Assembly (NCBI RefSeq): GCF_006345805.1
Contig: NC_043013.1
Coordinates: forward strand, 29,698,001-29,762,000
Direction: 5' to 3'
DNA length: 64,000 bases
Source: Octopus sinensis
Lineage: Eukaryota
Both the position numbers and the translations under genes were made by a program. Below, piece after piece: positions 63,883 to 64,000 of the stretch (position 1 is its first letter; each line of letters begins with the position of its first letter). A model generated the notes under the pieces. It had not been told where the DNA came from and made no database searches. It saw nothing but the letters and a program-made list of their open reading frames with translations.

Positions 63883-64000
63883 ATATATATAACCAAAATG
63901 GAGACGAACACCATTCCTCCATGGAATCAGCTTGAAAAATTAAGATATCAAGATATTTTTCGTAACACGAAACAACTGGTAGCCTTAATATACAAATAAA

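Overview
AT-rich, microsatellite- and SINE-dense animal DNA. The tRNA-derived SINE repertoire points to an octopus (coleoid cephalopod); this is an inference. The only host gene I can support is the 3' half of B9D1 (ciliary transition-zone B9 protein) on the + strand: three exons with canonical splice sites and consistent phases at 1882-1978, 10137-10267 and 17972-18114, plus a polyA signal at 18313. The rest is mobile DNA: several SINE families, decayed mariner and hAT transposases, piggyBac, pogo and hAT MITEs, Helitron/Helentron-like elements, and LINE and Penelope (PLE) fragments. The main signal not shown by the ORF track is a set of type I hammerhead ribozyme (HHR) motifs from several unrelated families. 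(i) Two same-strand HHRs lie exactly 538 nt apart in a direct-plus-inverted pseudo-LTR structure at 50094-51039, a retrozyme/circRNA-like unit. (ii) A tRNA-headed (Pol III A/B box) element carries a minimal HHR at 8655-8903, with a 5'-inverted sibling at 20189-20445: a candidate ribozyme-bearing SINE. (iii) A 287-bp inverted repeat carries mutated HHRs at 46990-47642. There is also a chimeric 840-bp unequal-crossover duplication inside a B9D1 intron. All alignments and folds were done by eye; boundaries of decayed repeats are approximate.
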